This document shows positions 13,485 to 25,704 of a stretch of DNA of 64,000 nucleotides, in pieces. A model generated the notes under the pieces. It was not told the DNA's origin and made no database searches. It saw only the letters and a program-made list of their open reading frames with translations. The DNA lies in the NCBI RefSeq assembly GCF_006345805.1, contig NC_043003.1, forward strand, positions 61,318,001 to 61,382,000, read 5' to 3'. Source of the DNA: Octopus sinensis (Eukaryota). The position numbers and the translations under genes are program-made. How positions within the stretch are numbered: the first letter of the stretch is position 1; every line of letters begins with the position of its first letter.

Positions 13485-13920
13485 ACATGGCTGTGTGGTT
13501 AGGAAGCTTGCTTTGCAACCATGTGGTTCTAGGTTCAGATTAATTTCGCGGCACGTAGAGTAAGTGTCTTCACTTATGAACCAAGATTAATGCCCTGCGA
13601 GTGAATTCAGTTGGCAAAAACTATGAAGATGCCCGTCATTGTGTGTGCACGAGCGCGTGTGAGTGTATGTGTAGTGTGTGTGTGCACGCATGTATATATG
13701 TATGCACGTGTGCATGAGTGTGTGTTTTGTGCTTGTACTTGTCCCCCACCAGCGTTTGACAACCGGTGTTGATTTGGTTATTGTAGTAGTTCGACAAAAG
13801 AAGCCGATAGAGTAAGTACAAGAGTTGATATGAAATATTGGAGCCGATTTTCTCAGCTAAACCCTTCAGTAAGGTGGCATCCCAGCATGGCCACAGCCCA
13901 AGGACTGAAACAATTAAAGG
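13485..13920 (+). mobile_element. SINE family B (diverged)
   Basis: GGCTGTGTGGTTAGGAAGC head, internal TG-rich tract, tail CCCAGCATGGCCACAG..GACTGAAAC. Confidence 0.7.
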
Positions 13921-14234
13921 GCGTGATTTAGACTAAAATCGCACGAGAAATTACCGTATTTGGAACTTTGTGTACATTCCTCTTTATCCAAAGAGAAACT
14001 GTGAGGAAAACTTCATATTACAAACCGAGTTTCAAAGTACCACAACGTCGAAACGTACGTAGGAACCAACGATATAGACTTGTGCTTATCGTAAATCATC
14101 CTACTTTCCTCTGTATATCGTAAGTAATGATATTACTAAGTATAGCAGTTGCTATACAAAACTGGAAGCAGACTGTAGAATGATAATCAACGTGGAGCTC
14201 TAAGATAAACAGCAGTTGTACACACAAGATACAG

Positions 14235-14273
<39 letters not shown>

Positions 14274-14567
14274 CATGGACTCTCTCGTTGAAGACAACGT
14301 ATGAGTGTTGAGCTCTTTTGCCGAACGACCTGCACAAATTATTTGTTTATAGTGATCAAATGTATGTCTAGTACATTAGCTCACCTCCTCCAGCAAATCG
14401 ACGTTACCTGAACTGGTACACGGTGTGTCACGCGTCAGGTATCGAAGTGATCGCAGAGCAATGTAATATGAAGAGTTTTCCTCAAGAACATACACCACCC
14501 AGACTAAGAAACTGAAATTACTATCTCACGAACGTGAGTGTAACACTGTCGACTAGACCATGCGTCC

Positions 14568-14639
<72 letters not shown>

Positions 14640-14644
14640 TTATA

Positions 14645-14975
14645 TAAATAAGAATAAGATCGTCATTTAAATACCGATCTTATCAGGTGACCAGCATGGG
14701 AATAAAAAGCTTTAAAGGTGATAATTATTATTAAAATTATAATTTAAAGTATCTAAGAGATACCACAACACTGGAAATAGCAGCCAAAACTTGATTTTAA
14801 AACCACATTAAATGTTCATACAGCACCAGGAGAGAAGACAAAGAGATAAAATTATTAAAATTATAATTTAGGGTATCTAAGAGATACCATCACGCTGGAA
14901 ATAGCAGCCAAAACTTGACTCTAAAATCACATTAAATCTTCATACAGCACCAGGTGAGAAGACAAAGAGACTTTT
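14645..14975. repeat. Unclassified repeat with ~115-bp unit in direct tandem
   Basis: ATTATTAAAATTATAATTTA..ATCTAAGAGATACCA..ACTGGAAATAGCAGCCAAAACTTGA..AAA.CACATTAAAT.TTCATACAGCACCAGG.GAGAAGACAAAGAGA occurs twice here and again, as a palindrome, at 18787-19023. Confidence 0.8.
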
Positions 14976-15652
14976 CAGTGGCTGAGTCAGAGAATGAAGG
15001 ACTGCATCCATGGCATTTTTCGGGGCCTCCTAGAAATGTGGGAAGATGATTGCAATACAGTGAACCGTACCAAGGGCACCCAAAAGCTATTCGGTACTGT
15101 TTAAGCCCACATCGTAAAACCAGGCATGGTTCCATCAAGAGGTTTCTGCACAATTTCCATCTACCAAGTTTCACTCACGAGTCTTAGGCTGACCCAACTT
15201 CTATGATGGAAGATACTTGTCTTAGGAAATGTGCAATGGGATCGAACCAGAAAGCTATTGCGAAACAAACATTTTAATTACACAATTCCGATCGCTTATC
15301 TTATTAATGTATATTAACTCTACAGAAAGAGAAATGATAATTGGCTTCCTGTGTTGCAATTGCTTATGAAAGCGATTTGACCTGAGGTTGTGTATCATAC
15401 CTTAAATAATTGCTATCATGCTAATTATTGAAGCCATTTATACACAATGGAACTGTTATATTTCACTTTTACTTTACTGTTATTTTATAATAATATCATA
15501 TCGTCTTTCCTCTTACGTCTACGAGCTGCTGCTAACTGATACTTTACTTCATTATATCTGTTGGAGTCAATTGATAACCTTGTATAAGCTGTGGTAGAAG
15601 TGATGTGTTCACTTTGCCTTCTTTCCCAATATCTATCAATACATATAAATAT

Positions 15653-15880
15653 ATACGAACGAGGAGGTGTTGAAAAGTTCCTGTCCTGGATTTGGGTAAT
15701 AGAATGTAGAGGTGGATCAGTTAATTATGATTTTATTCAATATACTTTTCTCTCTCAGATTCACACGCTTATTGCAGCAGTCCTTCAGTTTTTGTAAGTC
15801 CTGTAAAAGAACTCGGAAGGTTGGGCCTCTAACCAGGTCTTCCGTGAGATTCTTAAAGCCAGGCACTTTTTAGCACCCTG
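15653..15880 (-). mobile_element. mariner-like terminal fragment
   Basis: TACGA..AGG.GTTGAAAAGTTCC TIR-like start and decayed transposase 3' sequence. Confidence 0.45.
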
Positions 15881-16157
15881 TCGCATATCTGTCTATTTAT
15901 CCATCTCGAGTTCTATCCATCTTTATTTGATTTAGTTTCGTTAGCTCAAAACACATGATATATTTAATTTCAGCAGCTTTACATTGTTTAACTCCCCACT
16001 TCTCGTTCTTACATTCTCTCATTCTATGACTTTATTTATCATAATATATTCCCTATTACGAATCATAGTATAATTGTTACGAAGTGTTGTATAATAATTA
16101 TACTGTATAAAAGAAATTCTAGGGCATTTAATAGTTATGATGTACAAACTTTTAATC

Positions 16158-16375
16158 GAGATGGCAGAAACGTTAGCACACCGGGCGAAATGTCTAGTGG
16201 TATTTCGTCTGCCGCTACGTTCTGAGTTCAAATTCCGCCGAGGCCGACTTTGCCTTTCATCCTTTCGGGGTCGATTAAATAAGTACCAGTTAATCCCTAG
16301 GGTCGATGCAATCGACTTAATCCCCTTGTCTGTCCCTCTGTGTTTAGCCCCCTGTGGGCAATAAAGAAATAAAAA
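16158..16375 (+). mobile_element. SINE family A
   Basis: Near-consensus head and core. Confidence 0.85.
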
Positions 16376-16693
16376 TAAGTTAGTCTGGCAATGATCATGA
16401 TCCTTCAAATCCTATCCAGTCTAGCTCCATTGGTGTTTATAACCACAAAATCCACAAATCAGTGTCTCCAGAAATAATACTGAGTGTCGGAGAGGTAGTC
16501 ATGATTCGGCACTGAATGCTTACAACAAAGTTACCTCCATTCAAGATATCCACAGACCAAGTGGCGCTGTTAAAGTGAAGTGTTAAACCAGATGACTTAT
16601 TAAACCAACTAATATAATAGTTTTCGATGCATCAATGTCAAAGCAAGATCGTTCAGTATAAATCCATGCATACATAGACACATAGATAGATAT

Positions 16694-16764
<71 letters not shown>

Positions 16765-16783
16765 CACACACACACACACACAT

Positions 16784-16843
<60 letters not shown>

Positions 16844-17109
16844 TATCTTCGTTGTAAGATCATAAATCAGAAGAGCATACCCTATAAAATATAGAACAGT
16901 TGTTTATTTCTGTATGTGTAAAGTAATAGTTTAGAAAAAAAAACATTGGTTTCATATCTAACGTGAACTAGACATATCTTCAGTTTTTTCTAAACAATAA
17001 TAGTTCTCTGCAAAGAATGCTTTTTTTTAACACAAGAACGACGGTGTTGGTTAAAAAAAATATTCCTCTTAAAAAATTATGGCTGGCCGAGTTGTCTTAC
17101 TTCTCTTGA

Positions 17110-17520
17110 AAGCTAGGTTTTCCAATTTTGAAGTAAAACATTCCGAAAATGTGGACAACTCCCCACGGCTTCCGTCCTAGAGTTCAGGTAGCCTCCTGGC
17201 TCATGTGAGTTCATAAGGATTATATATTTTTCTGCCATACACAATTTACATAGTCTCTTGCTCCATTGCGACAGGGTCCACATGTTTCTAATAATTTCCA
17301 CCTGATGTTAAAGGGCGTATGAGTGTCCTTTAGGCGTCATACATATGCTGCGACTGTCGTTGTGTTGCGTCTCTCCGAGACCCTGAATGAAGATCTGTGG
17401 TTGTTCAGGCGAATTTTAAGTTTGGATTCACAAGATCCGACGCAAATTTTAGTGTGTGTCCCTGTGTTGGCATTGATGTTTCTGATATTTGTGCTGCTTC
17501 AGATATTTGTGACCTTAGAA
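17110..17520 (-). mobile_element. Penelope-like GIY-YIG 3' fragment
   Basis: Minus translation ...TKICVGSCESKLKIRLNNHRSSFR... and ...LCKLCMAEKYII... match the PLE endonuclease C-terminus, with frameshifts. Confidence 0.75.
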
Positions 17521-17539
17521 GGTTTTACATTCTTTACAC

Positions 17540-17825
17540 CTTTCACTGTACTACCGAGCGCAGCACTGTGTTCCTTTGGTACGTGCTGTGGTTTGTTGTG
17601 GTGCTCTTATTTTCATTGTATTGAAAGTGTTTTACGTAAAATGTGTGCAATGCCTAGTAGTGCTATTTTCTGTATGTTATATATACTTGTAAGTCCTGGT
17701 GTTTTTTTTATGTATTTATTTGAATCGTTTTTATCATACCTAATACACCTACTATTATAGGAATTGTTTCTTCTTTTATGTTCCTCATTCGAGTTACATC
17801 TATTTCCAGGTCTTTGTATTTTGTA
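17540..17825 (-). mobile_element. REL-endonuclease non-LTR retrotransposon 3' end (R4/Dong-like), copy 1
   Basis: Minus translation KYKDLEIDVTRMRNIKEETIPIIVGVLGMIKNDSNKYIKKTPGLTSIYNIQKIALLGIAHILRKTLSIQ*. Confidence 0.8.
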
Positions 17826-17834
17826 TTTTAAGCA

Positions 17835-18128
17835 ACACCCTTACTTTTCGAGCACCATCCGTAGTATTTGAGCGGTTCCAAGTAGTGCTGTTTTCTGCAA
17901 GTGCTCCACCCTTATTGCAGCCCCTATTTGTACCATGCAGTTCTCAAGATTTTTACTCACTCTTCTCAGTGCTCCGACAGTTGTTGTTACTACTACCACC
18001 TTTTTCAGCGACCACAACTGCTTAACCTCCCAAGCTAACCTGTCATATCTATCGACTTTTCTTTCTTCGTTATGGCATACCTTGTTGTCAACTGGGCATA
18101 CTATATCTATGATCCCGCATCGTTTGTT
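17835..18128 (-). mobile_element. REL-endonuclease non-LTR retrotransposon 3' end (R4/Dong-like), copy 2
   Basis: ORF 17841-18146: IIDIVCPVDNKV..EERKVDRYDRLAWEVKQLW..KVVVV...VGAL...LQKTALLGTAQILR. It is 5'-truncated into an (AAT)n tract. Confidence 0.85.
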
Positions 18129-18129
18129 T

Positions 18130-18315
<186 letters not shown>

Positions 18316-18786
18316 AATATTAATCTTAAAAGATTCTAGTATAGGACACGGATGGCTACACAAACTCGTCACTCAGCTGTATGATCAGAGCATGAAACTT
18401 ACTGTAGCTCACATTTAAATCGTGTGTGTGCGCGCGCGCTTGTTTCATAGCTTTCTGTATTTCAGTTCAGTAAACATGTTTTCATAAAAAAAAAACTAAG
18501 TGTTGGTAATAGCGTCAAAGCAACATTCATTTCTAGCAGCGAATGTTTACGCCGAATACTCGGCTATACGAGATGCTCAAAACACTGTGTTAAAGAACCA
18601 GTATCGCCGAAGCCTTGAACTAAACGGTCGCCATCGATAACGACTATTACGTGCGTACACGCACGAGCACAAACGCCCACATACATAGATTCATATATAA
18701 ATTTATATTATTAAGGATAAGATCGTTAGTTAAATATCGATCGTATCAAGTAGCCAGCATGGGAATAAAAACCTTCAAAAGTAAAA

Positions 18787-19023
18787 ATTATTATTAAAAT
18801 TATAAGTTAGAATATCTGAGAGATACCACCACGCTGGAAATAGCAGTCAAAATTTGACTCTAAAACCACATTAAATGTTCATACAGCACCAGGAGAGAAG
18901 ACATCTTTTTGTCTTCTCTCCGGGTGCTGTATGAACATTTAATGTGGTTTTAGTGTCAAGTTTTGGCTGCTATTTCCAGCGTGGTGATATCTCTTAGATA
19001 CCTTAAATTATAATTTATTAATA
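18787..19023. repeat. ~115-bp-arm palindrome of the 14.7 kb repeat unit
   Basis: ...CATACAGCACCAGGAGAGAAGACA TCTTTT TGTCTTCTCTCCGGGTGCTGTATG..., with arms extending to ATTATTAA / TTAATAAT. Confidence 0.85.
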
Positions 19024-19047
19024 ATTAGATTCATATGTATATATATA

Positions 19048-19430
19048 TAGGCGTGGGTGTGTGGTAAGCAAGCTGACACACTTGAACCTGGAACCACATG
19101 ATTCCGGGTTCAGTCCCACTGCGTAGCACCTTGGGCAAGTGTCTTCTGCTATAGTAACAGGCCGACCAAAGACTTGTGAGTGCATTTGGTAGACGGAAAC
19201 TGAAAGAAGCCTGTTGTGTATGTGTGTATGTGTGTGTGTGTGCGTTTGTCCCTCCACTATCGCTTGACAACCGATATTGGTGTGTTTACGTTCCTGTAAC
19301 TTAGCAGTTCGGCAGAAAAAAAGACCGATAGAATAAGTACTAGGCTTACAAAGAATAAGTCCTGGGGTTGATGTCTTCGACTAAAAGGCGGTGCTCCAGC
19401 ATCGCTGCAGTCAAATGAATGAAACAAATA
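19048..19430 (+). mobile_element. SINE family B (left member of tail-to-tail pair)
   Basis: Full head, body and tail. Confidence 0.85.
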
Positions 19431-19447
19431 TATTTATATATATATAC

Positions 19448-19654
19448 TCTTTTACTCTTTTACTTGTATCAGTCATTTGACTGCGGCCATGCTAGAGCAC
19501 CGCCTTTAGTCGAGCAGATCGACCCGGGACTTATTCTTTGTAAGCCCAGTACTTATTCTATCGGTCTCTTTTGCTGAACCGCTAAGTGACGGGGACGTAA
19601 ACACACCAGCATCGGTTGTCAAGCAATGCTAGGGGAACAAACACAGACACACAA

Positions 19655-19695
<41 letters not shown>

Positions 19696-19860
19696 CGACA
19701 GGCTTCTTTCAGTTTCCGTCTATCAAATCCACTCACAAGGCTTTGGTCGGCCGGAGGCTATAGTAGAAGACACTTGCCCAAGGTTCCACGCAGTGTGGCT
19801 GAACCCGGAACCATGTGGTTGGTTAGCAAGCTACTTACCACACAGCCACTCCTGCGCCTA
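19448..19860 (-). mobile_element. SINE family B (right member of tail-to-tail pair)
   Basis: Full-length reverse copy. Confidence 0.9.
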
Positions 19861-21184
19861 TATATATATATATGCATACTGAAATAAGTAAAAGAATTAA
19901 AGAATATATGTATGTTTATGTGTGTCTGTGTATGTGTGTGTCTATACAAGAACTATAATTAAATTGCTAATAGCACTCTTTACTCTATAATATTAGTGAA
20001 TTACGTTGGTCAACATTAAACTTCATTGACGAAGTACATACTTCATTGTATTTGCTGAATAAATTATAAGGGAATCCATTAAGTAGACAAGCTGCATCGT
20101 AAAATCCTAGTTGGAAAAATTATCATGTACAAAATCCTAAAATTATCGAGGAAAATCACTTACCGTAACCATTTGCATTAAAAAACAATGATGTATTTCG
20201 TATTTAAATATTTAATGTAATGATATTTAAAAGCTAAATGAAGATAATTTGTACGGTGAGGAAATGACAGCTTTAATTCAACGACTGATTAGGCCTCGAT
20301 TCAATGTTGTCTTTAAATCACTGCATGATTTACTTTTAACTTTTTAATGTCCATTCATTCACTTCATTAATATGTTAGCATTAATTTAACTATGTTCATG
20401 GCATGTCTAAGTAATTTTCCTCAAGATTTTTATTGTTTTTTTAATAAGATGACTTTTACATCTACCAATGTACAATATTATATATCTACTTAAATTATTC
20501 TCTCATTACTACTTCAGAAATTACGGTGTGAATCTCTGACAGGATGGCGAAGTTTAATAAAACCAAAGCATATCCGAAGTTGTCTCCTGTCTTTGTCGAC
20601 ATTATCAAAATATGATCAGTCATTGAGCTATGGTGTATTTTTCACGCGACGTGATTACTTTAAAGACCTTTTTGGTGCTTACTAGCCGATCAGATGTATT
20701 TCGATAATTCTAGATACAAACAGCCAGTTGACACGCCACAGCGAGTTATTTTGTCGATTCAATTCTAATAGCAGGATTTACAAACGAATGTTTTGCAAGA
20801 TTTTGAGACGTAACAAGCTGTGACTAAGATGGCTGCAAGATGATGTTACAATGACAATAATTAGCTAGGAAACATTTATTTAATGAAAATCTAAACGAAA
20901 ATTTTTCCAAGAAAACTATTCGTGTTATTGGTTAAATTATATGACTTTAAGTCAAGTGAAAATGTAAGTTTAACTGTAAATAGTATTGTGGGTATCCTTA
21001 TTACATTACATTGCTTTATAAATTACAACGTGGTGAAAAAGAGCATCGAATTAAAAGTAGGAAATATGACATAGTATTTGAGAGGGAAATTAATTCAAAT
21101 GCACAAACGGTGTTGGTGATGGTCATGATGGTGGTGCTGATGCAGCTGGTGATGGTAATTAAATCTGCATTACTCTTTATCGTT

Positions 21185-21510
21185 GAAGGCGCGTAGCTTA
21201 GTGTTTAAGACATTCGGCTTACGGTCGTAAAGCCGTGAGTTCAATTCCAGGTGATGCGTTGTTTGCTTGAGCAAGACACTTTATTTCAGGTTGTTCCAAT
21301 TCATTCCACTGACAAAAACGAGTAGTACCTGTATTTCAAAAGGCCAGCCTAGTCACATACTGTGTCACTCTGAATCTCCCTGAGAACTACGTTAAGGGTA
21401 CACGTGTTTGTGGAGTTCTCGGCCACTTGCACGTTAATTTTACGAGCAGGCTGTTCCGTTGATCGGTTCAACTGGAACCTTCGATGTCGTAACCGACGGA
21501 GGACCAGTTT
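21185..21510 (+). mobile_element. SINE family C, tail type 2
   Basis: GAAGGCGCGTAGCTTAGTG head, TTGAGCAAGACACTTTATTTCA core, tail ...GCAGGCTGTTCCGTTGATCGG..CAACTGGAACC..GTCGTAACCGACGGAG. Confidence 0.8.
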
Positions 21511-21781
21511 ATGCACTTTGTCGAAAAGGGCTGGGAGAACGGTCAGCACGTCGGACAAAATGTTCTGAGTTCGAATCCCACTGAGGTCAACTTTACCGTT
21601 CATCCCCTTTTGAGATCGATGAAATAATGTACAAGTCAAGTTCTGGGACCAATGTAATCAACTTGTCCCCTTCCCCTCAAAACTTGCTGACCTTGTAACC
21701 TGCAAGTGATCAGTGTGCCGTTCAGAGAGAATCTTTTAATTTCAGTCATTATACGCCATGAATATCAAATACCCAACATTC

Positions 21782-21990
21782 TTTTCTACTCTAGGCAGAA
21801 GGCCCGAAATGTTGGGGGAGTGGGACAGTCGATTAGATCAACCCCGGTATTCAGCTGGTACTTAATTTATCGATCCTGAAAGGGTGAAAGGCAAAGTCGA
21901 CCTCGGCGGAATTTGAACTCAGAACGCAGCGGCAGACGGAATACCGCTAAGCATTTCGCCTGGCGTGCTAACGTTTCTGCCAGCTCCCTC
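21782..21990 (-). mobile_element. SINE family A
   Basis: Consensus core and head. Confidence 0.85.
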
Positions 21991-22799
21991 CTTCCGAGTA
22001 CCCAACATTGATTCCTGGGGCTCAAGAAAACTCAAAGAAAAAAAACATCGAACATAGGATGTTCCGGCCATGACAATACTGTCTTTTTTTATACCTAACT
22101 TGTGTTGTGTCCCGAAGCTATCCTTGATTTTTAACGGGTTGGGTCTGATCTGAGAGAGATTTGGCAATGTTACTACTGCATTGCAAACCTAAGCTATTTG
22201 ATTCGAATGTAAAGATAATTTTATATCCTTGTGTGTTTCATAGCTCTGGGCAGATATTACACCATTTCTTTAAAGATTTTCCTATTTTGGCAGACTTCTC
22301 TATCGAATTCTCTCATTTGCAAAAAGTTCTAAGACTTCCTGTTGAAATAAATTTCTTATTGAGTAACACAGTGGAATGAAACCATTATCAGAATCTGATC
22401 AATAATGTTTAAGATTTTGTCATTTAAGTGTTTGAGTTGAATAGAATGGAATAGATTTTAGTTTTCGTATATACTTCATTGTTTCTTACTTCTGTCCGCC
22501 AAATATTTTGTCTCCACCAACAAAGTTTAAATAGGTAGGTTTTAATCATGACACACAGACAAGAGGAGTTTGAAATTATCTAATGTGCTTTCATACTAGG
22601 CGGTGAGCTGGCAGTATTGTTAGATCGTGAGAAAAACATTTTGTGAAATTTCTTCTGACTCTCTACGTTTGGAGTTCAAATTTTGCAGAGGTCGGCTTTG
22701 CTTTTCATCCTTTCGAGGTTTTGAGTTCAATTTGTTCAGAGATCGGTTTTGCTTTCCATCCTTTCGAGGTTGATAAAAATGAGTACTAGCTAAGCTAAA

Positions 22800-23050
22800 A
22801 AAAACAAAGGTTCCTAGTCATATAGATTCATAGGACCGATTTTCCGGATTCTGTGGTGTATGTATTTCCCCTTTGGACGGGATGCCGGTCCTCCGCATGA
22901 TTACTCATTTTTGCCAGCTGAATGGACTGGAGCAACGTGAAAGAGAAGTAATTTGTTCAAGAACACAATACATCGCCCAGTCCAGGAATCGAAATCGCAA
23001 TCTTACCATCATGAGTCCAGCATTCTAACCACTAAGCCATTCGCCTTTGC
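22800..23050 (-). mobile_element. SINE family C, tail type 3
   Basis: Same head/core as the other family C copies, with a different tail (..GGACGGGATGCCGGTCC..TTACTCATTTTTGCCAGCTG on +). Confidence 0.75.
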
Positions 23051-23809
23051 AGTCATTACTAGTTGAACCCTGGGGCCAATGTAATTGACTACTTCTTTCT
23101 CCAAAATTCTAAAGTAGAAATAATTATCCCTAAAATTCCCTCTTTTTAATCTTACTGGATTGTTTACTATCTATCTTGGGGTACGATAGCGTAATCCAAT
23201 GCGGATTACGCTTTACGGAAATATATAAGTTATTACAATAAGTAATGGGGTAACGTATAAAGGGCAGTTTGTCCATATAAACGGGACGACAGTCATGTCT
23301 GAGATCCTAGCAGCGTACCAAAATATTAATTCGACATTATCCACTTATATTTTTGACGGTTAGCCTTTCTCTCAGTCATTTACCGTCGCATGCGTGTTGT
23401 TGCTGAAAAACAATGCATGAAAACTAAATCACAAAAGTATGCCAACTCCTTCCTAACTTTACCACTATTGACGTTTAGAATAACATCTACGCAAACATAC
23501 ACACACAAACAAACAAACACCTACATTCACGAGTATACGAGGGTTCTACCGAAAGTAATGCAAAAGTCGACAGAACGTTTCTATTAACTGAGATGGCTCA
23601 TTGAAATTTAATATATCACTAAATTAACTTTCCGTTTATAAAAATATACAACCCAACATTGTCCATATTACAACCCAAATCTATGAAAAGTCTCCAAACA
23701 CAAGCCCGAATATGCTCAACAACAACACAGAAGCCGTCAGTAAAAAAATGCGGAAGACCCAACTGTGGGATATGTGTCAATTTAATTGAGGGATGAGAGT
23801 TCTTCTTCA

Positions 23810-24900
23810 AACAGGGACAACGTTTCACAGTGAAAAGCAACTTTACATGTACTTCGGAGAACCTGATATACTCACTAACTTGCTCTGGGTGTCAAGAACA
23901 GTACATAGACCAAACAAAAAACACTCTACGTAAAAGAATGGTTCTGCACAGATCCCAGATCATAATTCTCCAAAACAGAAAAATAGCGTTCAGCCAACAT
24001 ATCGACATTTGCGCCAATAACAAAAATCCAAGCTTCAGAATTTTCCCCCTCTACCAATTCAGGGACTATACAACCTGTAGCCAACGAATTAGTAAAGAGA
24101 TTCTCTTTATTACAAAATACAGATCCCTTTTGAACGTGTCTACAACAACCTACATAGCCACCACGCCCTTAGAATAACACAAACACACACGCAAATATTA
24201 AAAAATGATACACTCAAGAGATTCCCAAGAATTCATTAAAAAACAGTCCGAATCACCGCTATAATCCATTATGATCCACTTTTAGGTCAATTGACCATTT
24301 AACACCCTATTACTCTCATACTACCTAGATTCCTTCTTATTCTCCCTTCTCTTTCTCCTTCTTCGTCTTCTTTCTCTCCGCCACCTCCTTCCTAACTATT
24401 GCTGTTTAGAATAACACCTACGCAAATTTTATAAACAAAACATTCAAAAGAGATGTCTCAAGAATTCAATCACTACTATCATCCACGAGTCACTTTCAGG
24501 GCACTTGACCATTTAAGATACTACTATCATGGCACTCCCGCATTCTTCTTCTTCTTCTTCTTCTTCTTCTTCTTCTCTTCTTCTTCTTCTTCTTCTTCTT
24601 CTTCTTCTTCTTCTTCTCCTTCTTCTTCTTCTTCTTCTTCTTCTTCTTCTTCTTCTTCTTCCCTGCCTAGAATTCACTACGACCTCGAACTCACAAGAGT
24701 CAACAAGAGAGACAGAAACAGGCAGAAACAAGGAAAATGCCCTTTGTATTTGAATACTATGCAAATATTCTTTTAAAAAAACTTTTCTTTTAATTTTTCC
24801 AAAATTTAATTGTTCTCCATACTTACAGTTGAAAAGGTCTCAATGACTGAAACCGGTACTGAAATGTTTTTTATAAAATTATTTTAATATTTTCTACCTT
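23810..24900 (+). mobile_element. Penelope-like 3' fragment: GIY-YIG ORF, 3' UTR and hammerhead-bearing terminal repeat
   Basis: ORF 23830-24177 FTCTSENLIYSLTCSGCQEQYIDQTKNTLRKRMVLHRSQI...KEILFITKYRSLLN, followed by a hammerhead at 24826. Confidence 0.8.
24826..24861 (+). ncRNA. Minimal type I hammerhead, U3-A8 core variant
   Basis: CAG-TTGAAAA-GGTC TCAAT GACT-GAA-ACCGGT-A-CTG: stem I CAG/CTG, stem II 4 bp (one G-U), palindromic stem III, GUA site. Confidence 0.65.
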
Positions 24901-25029
24901 GACTTGTTTCCCATATATATATATATATTAATCAAAATGAAAGCATGATGCCGAGGATTAATATACTCTACCACCTACACCACCAAATGGTATATACAGG
25001 TGCTTACAATTATCAAGTATTCACCCTGA

Positions 25030-25069
<40 letters not shown>

Positions 25070-25182
25070 ATATTTCGGAATGGTCATATTGCCAGTTTAG
25101 CCAATAAAAACACACGCACTATATATTTGGTGTTATTTTGCTTCAGTGATATTTATTTTTTACATTAATCTTAATCTTATTC

Positions 25183-25227
25183 GGCCAAAGTTCTTTCGTC
25201 ACACTCCTGTGACCGCATCAGTGGTCC
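25183..25227 (-). ncRNA. Hammerhead-like motif in PLE terminal repeat (left arm)
   Basis: Reverse complement identical to 27813-27857. Confidence 0.5.
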
Positions 25228-25704
25228 TTTGTTTTCTTCTCACTTATTTGTGTCTCTCCTTACTAACCGTCAGCTATTTTGTATTTCTATTGTATGTCTT
25301 CATTTGCGCATGCTTATATCTCTATGTACGTCTATGTTTATTTAGTGTGTGTGGGGGGGGATGCCTGTAATATTTGTATCTTCTGTTTATATACGTTCTT
25401 GTAATTTGTATGTTGTTTTTGTTGTTGTTGCTTTTGTTCTAATTTTGTTCATGTGTTTACATCCACCCATTATTATCATTACATATGCTTGTATGTATGT
25501 ATAACAACACTATTAGTAATAATAATAATAAATCTAATCGAAAAAAAAAAAAAATATATATATATATATACACATATATACACATATACATATATACACA
25601 CATATACACATATACATACATAGATATATATACATATATATAGTTATTCATTTCTATTTCTTTAATTATCTGTGTATTTATTATGTTTGCAGGATCCACT
25701 ATCG

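Noticed and set aside
14020-14070. GAAACGTACGTA palindrome as hammerhead stem III
   Set aside because: No recognisable core or stem II upstream.
21185-21260. tRNA-like heads of SINE families as tRNA genes (also 39373, 54483)
   Set aside because: They lack a complete acceptor stem and terminator and continue into SINE body sequence.
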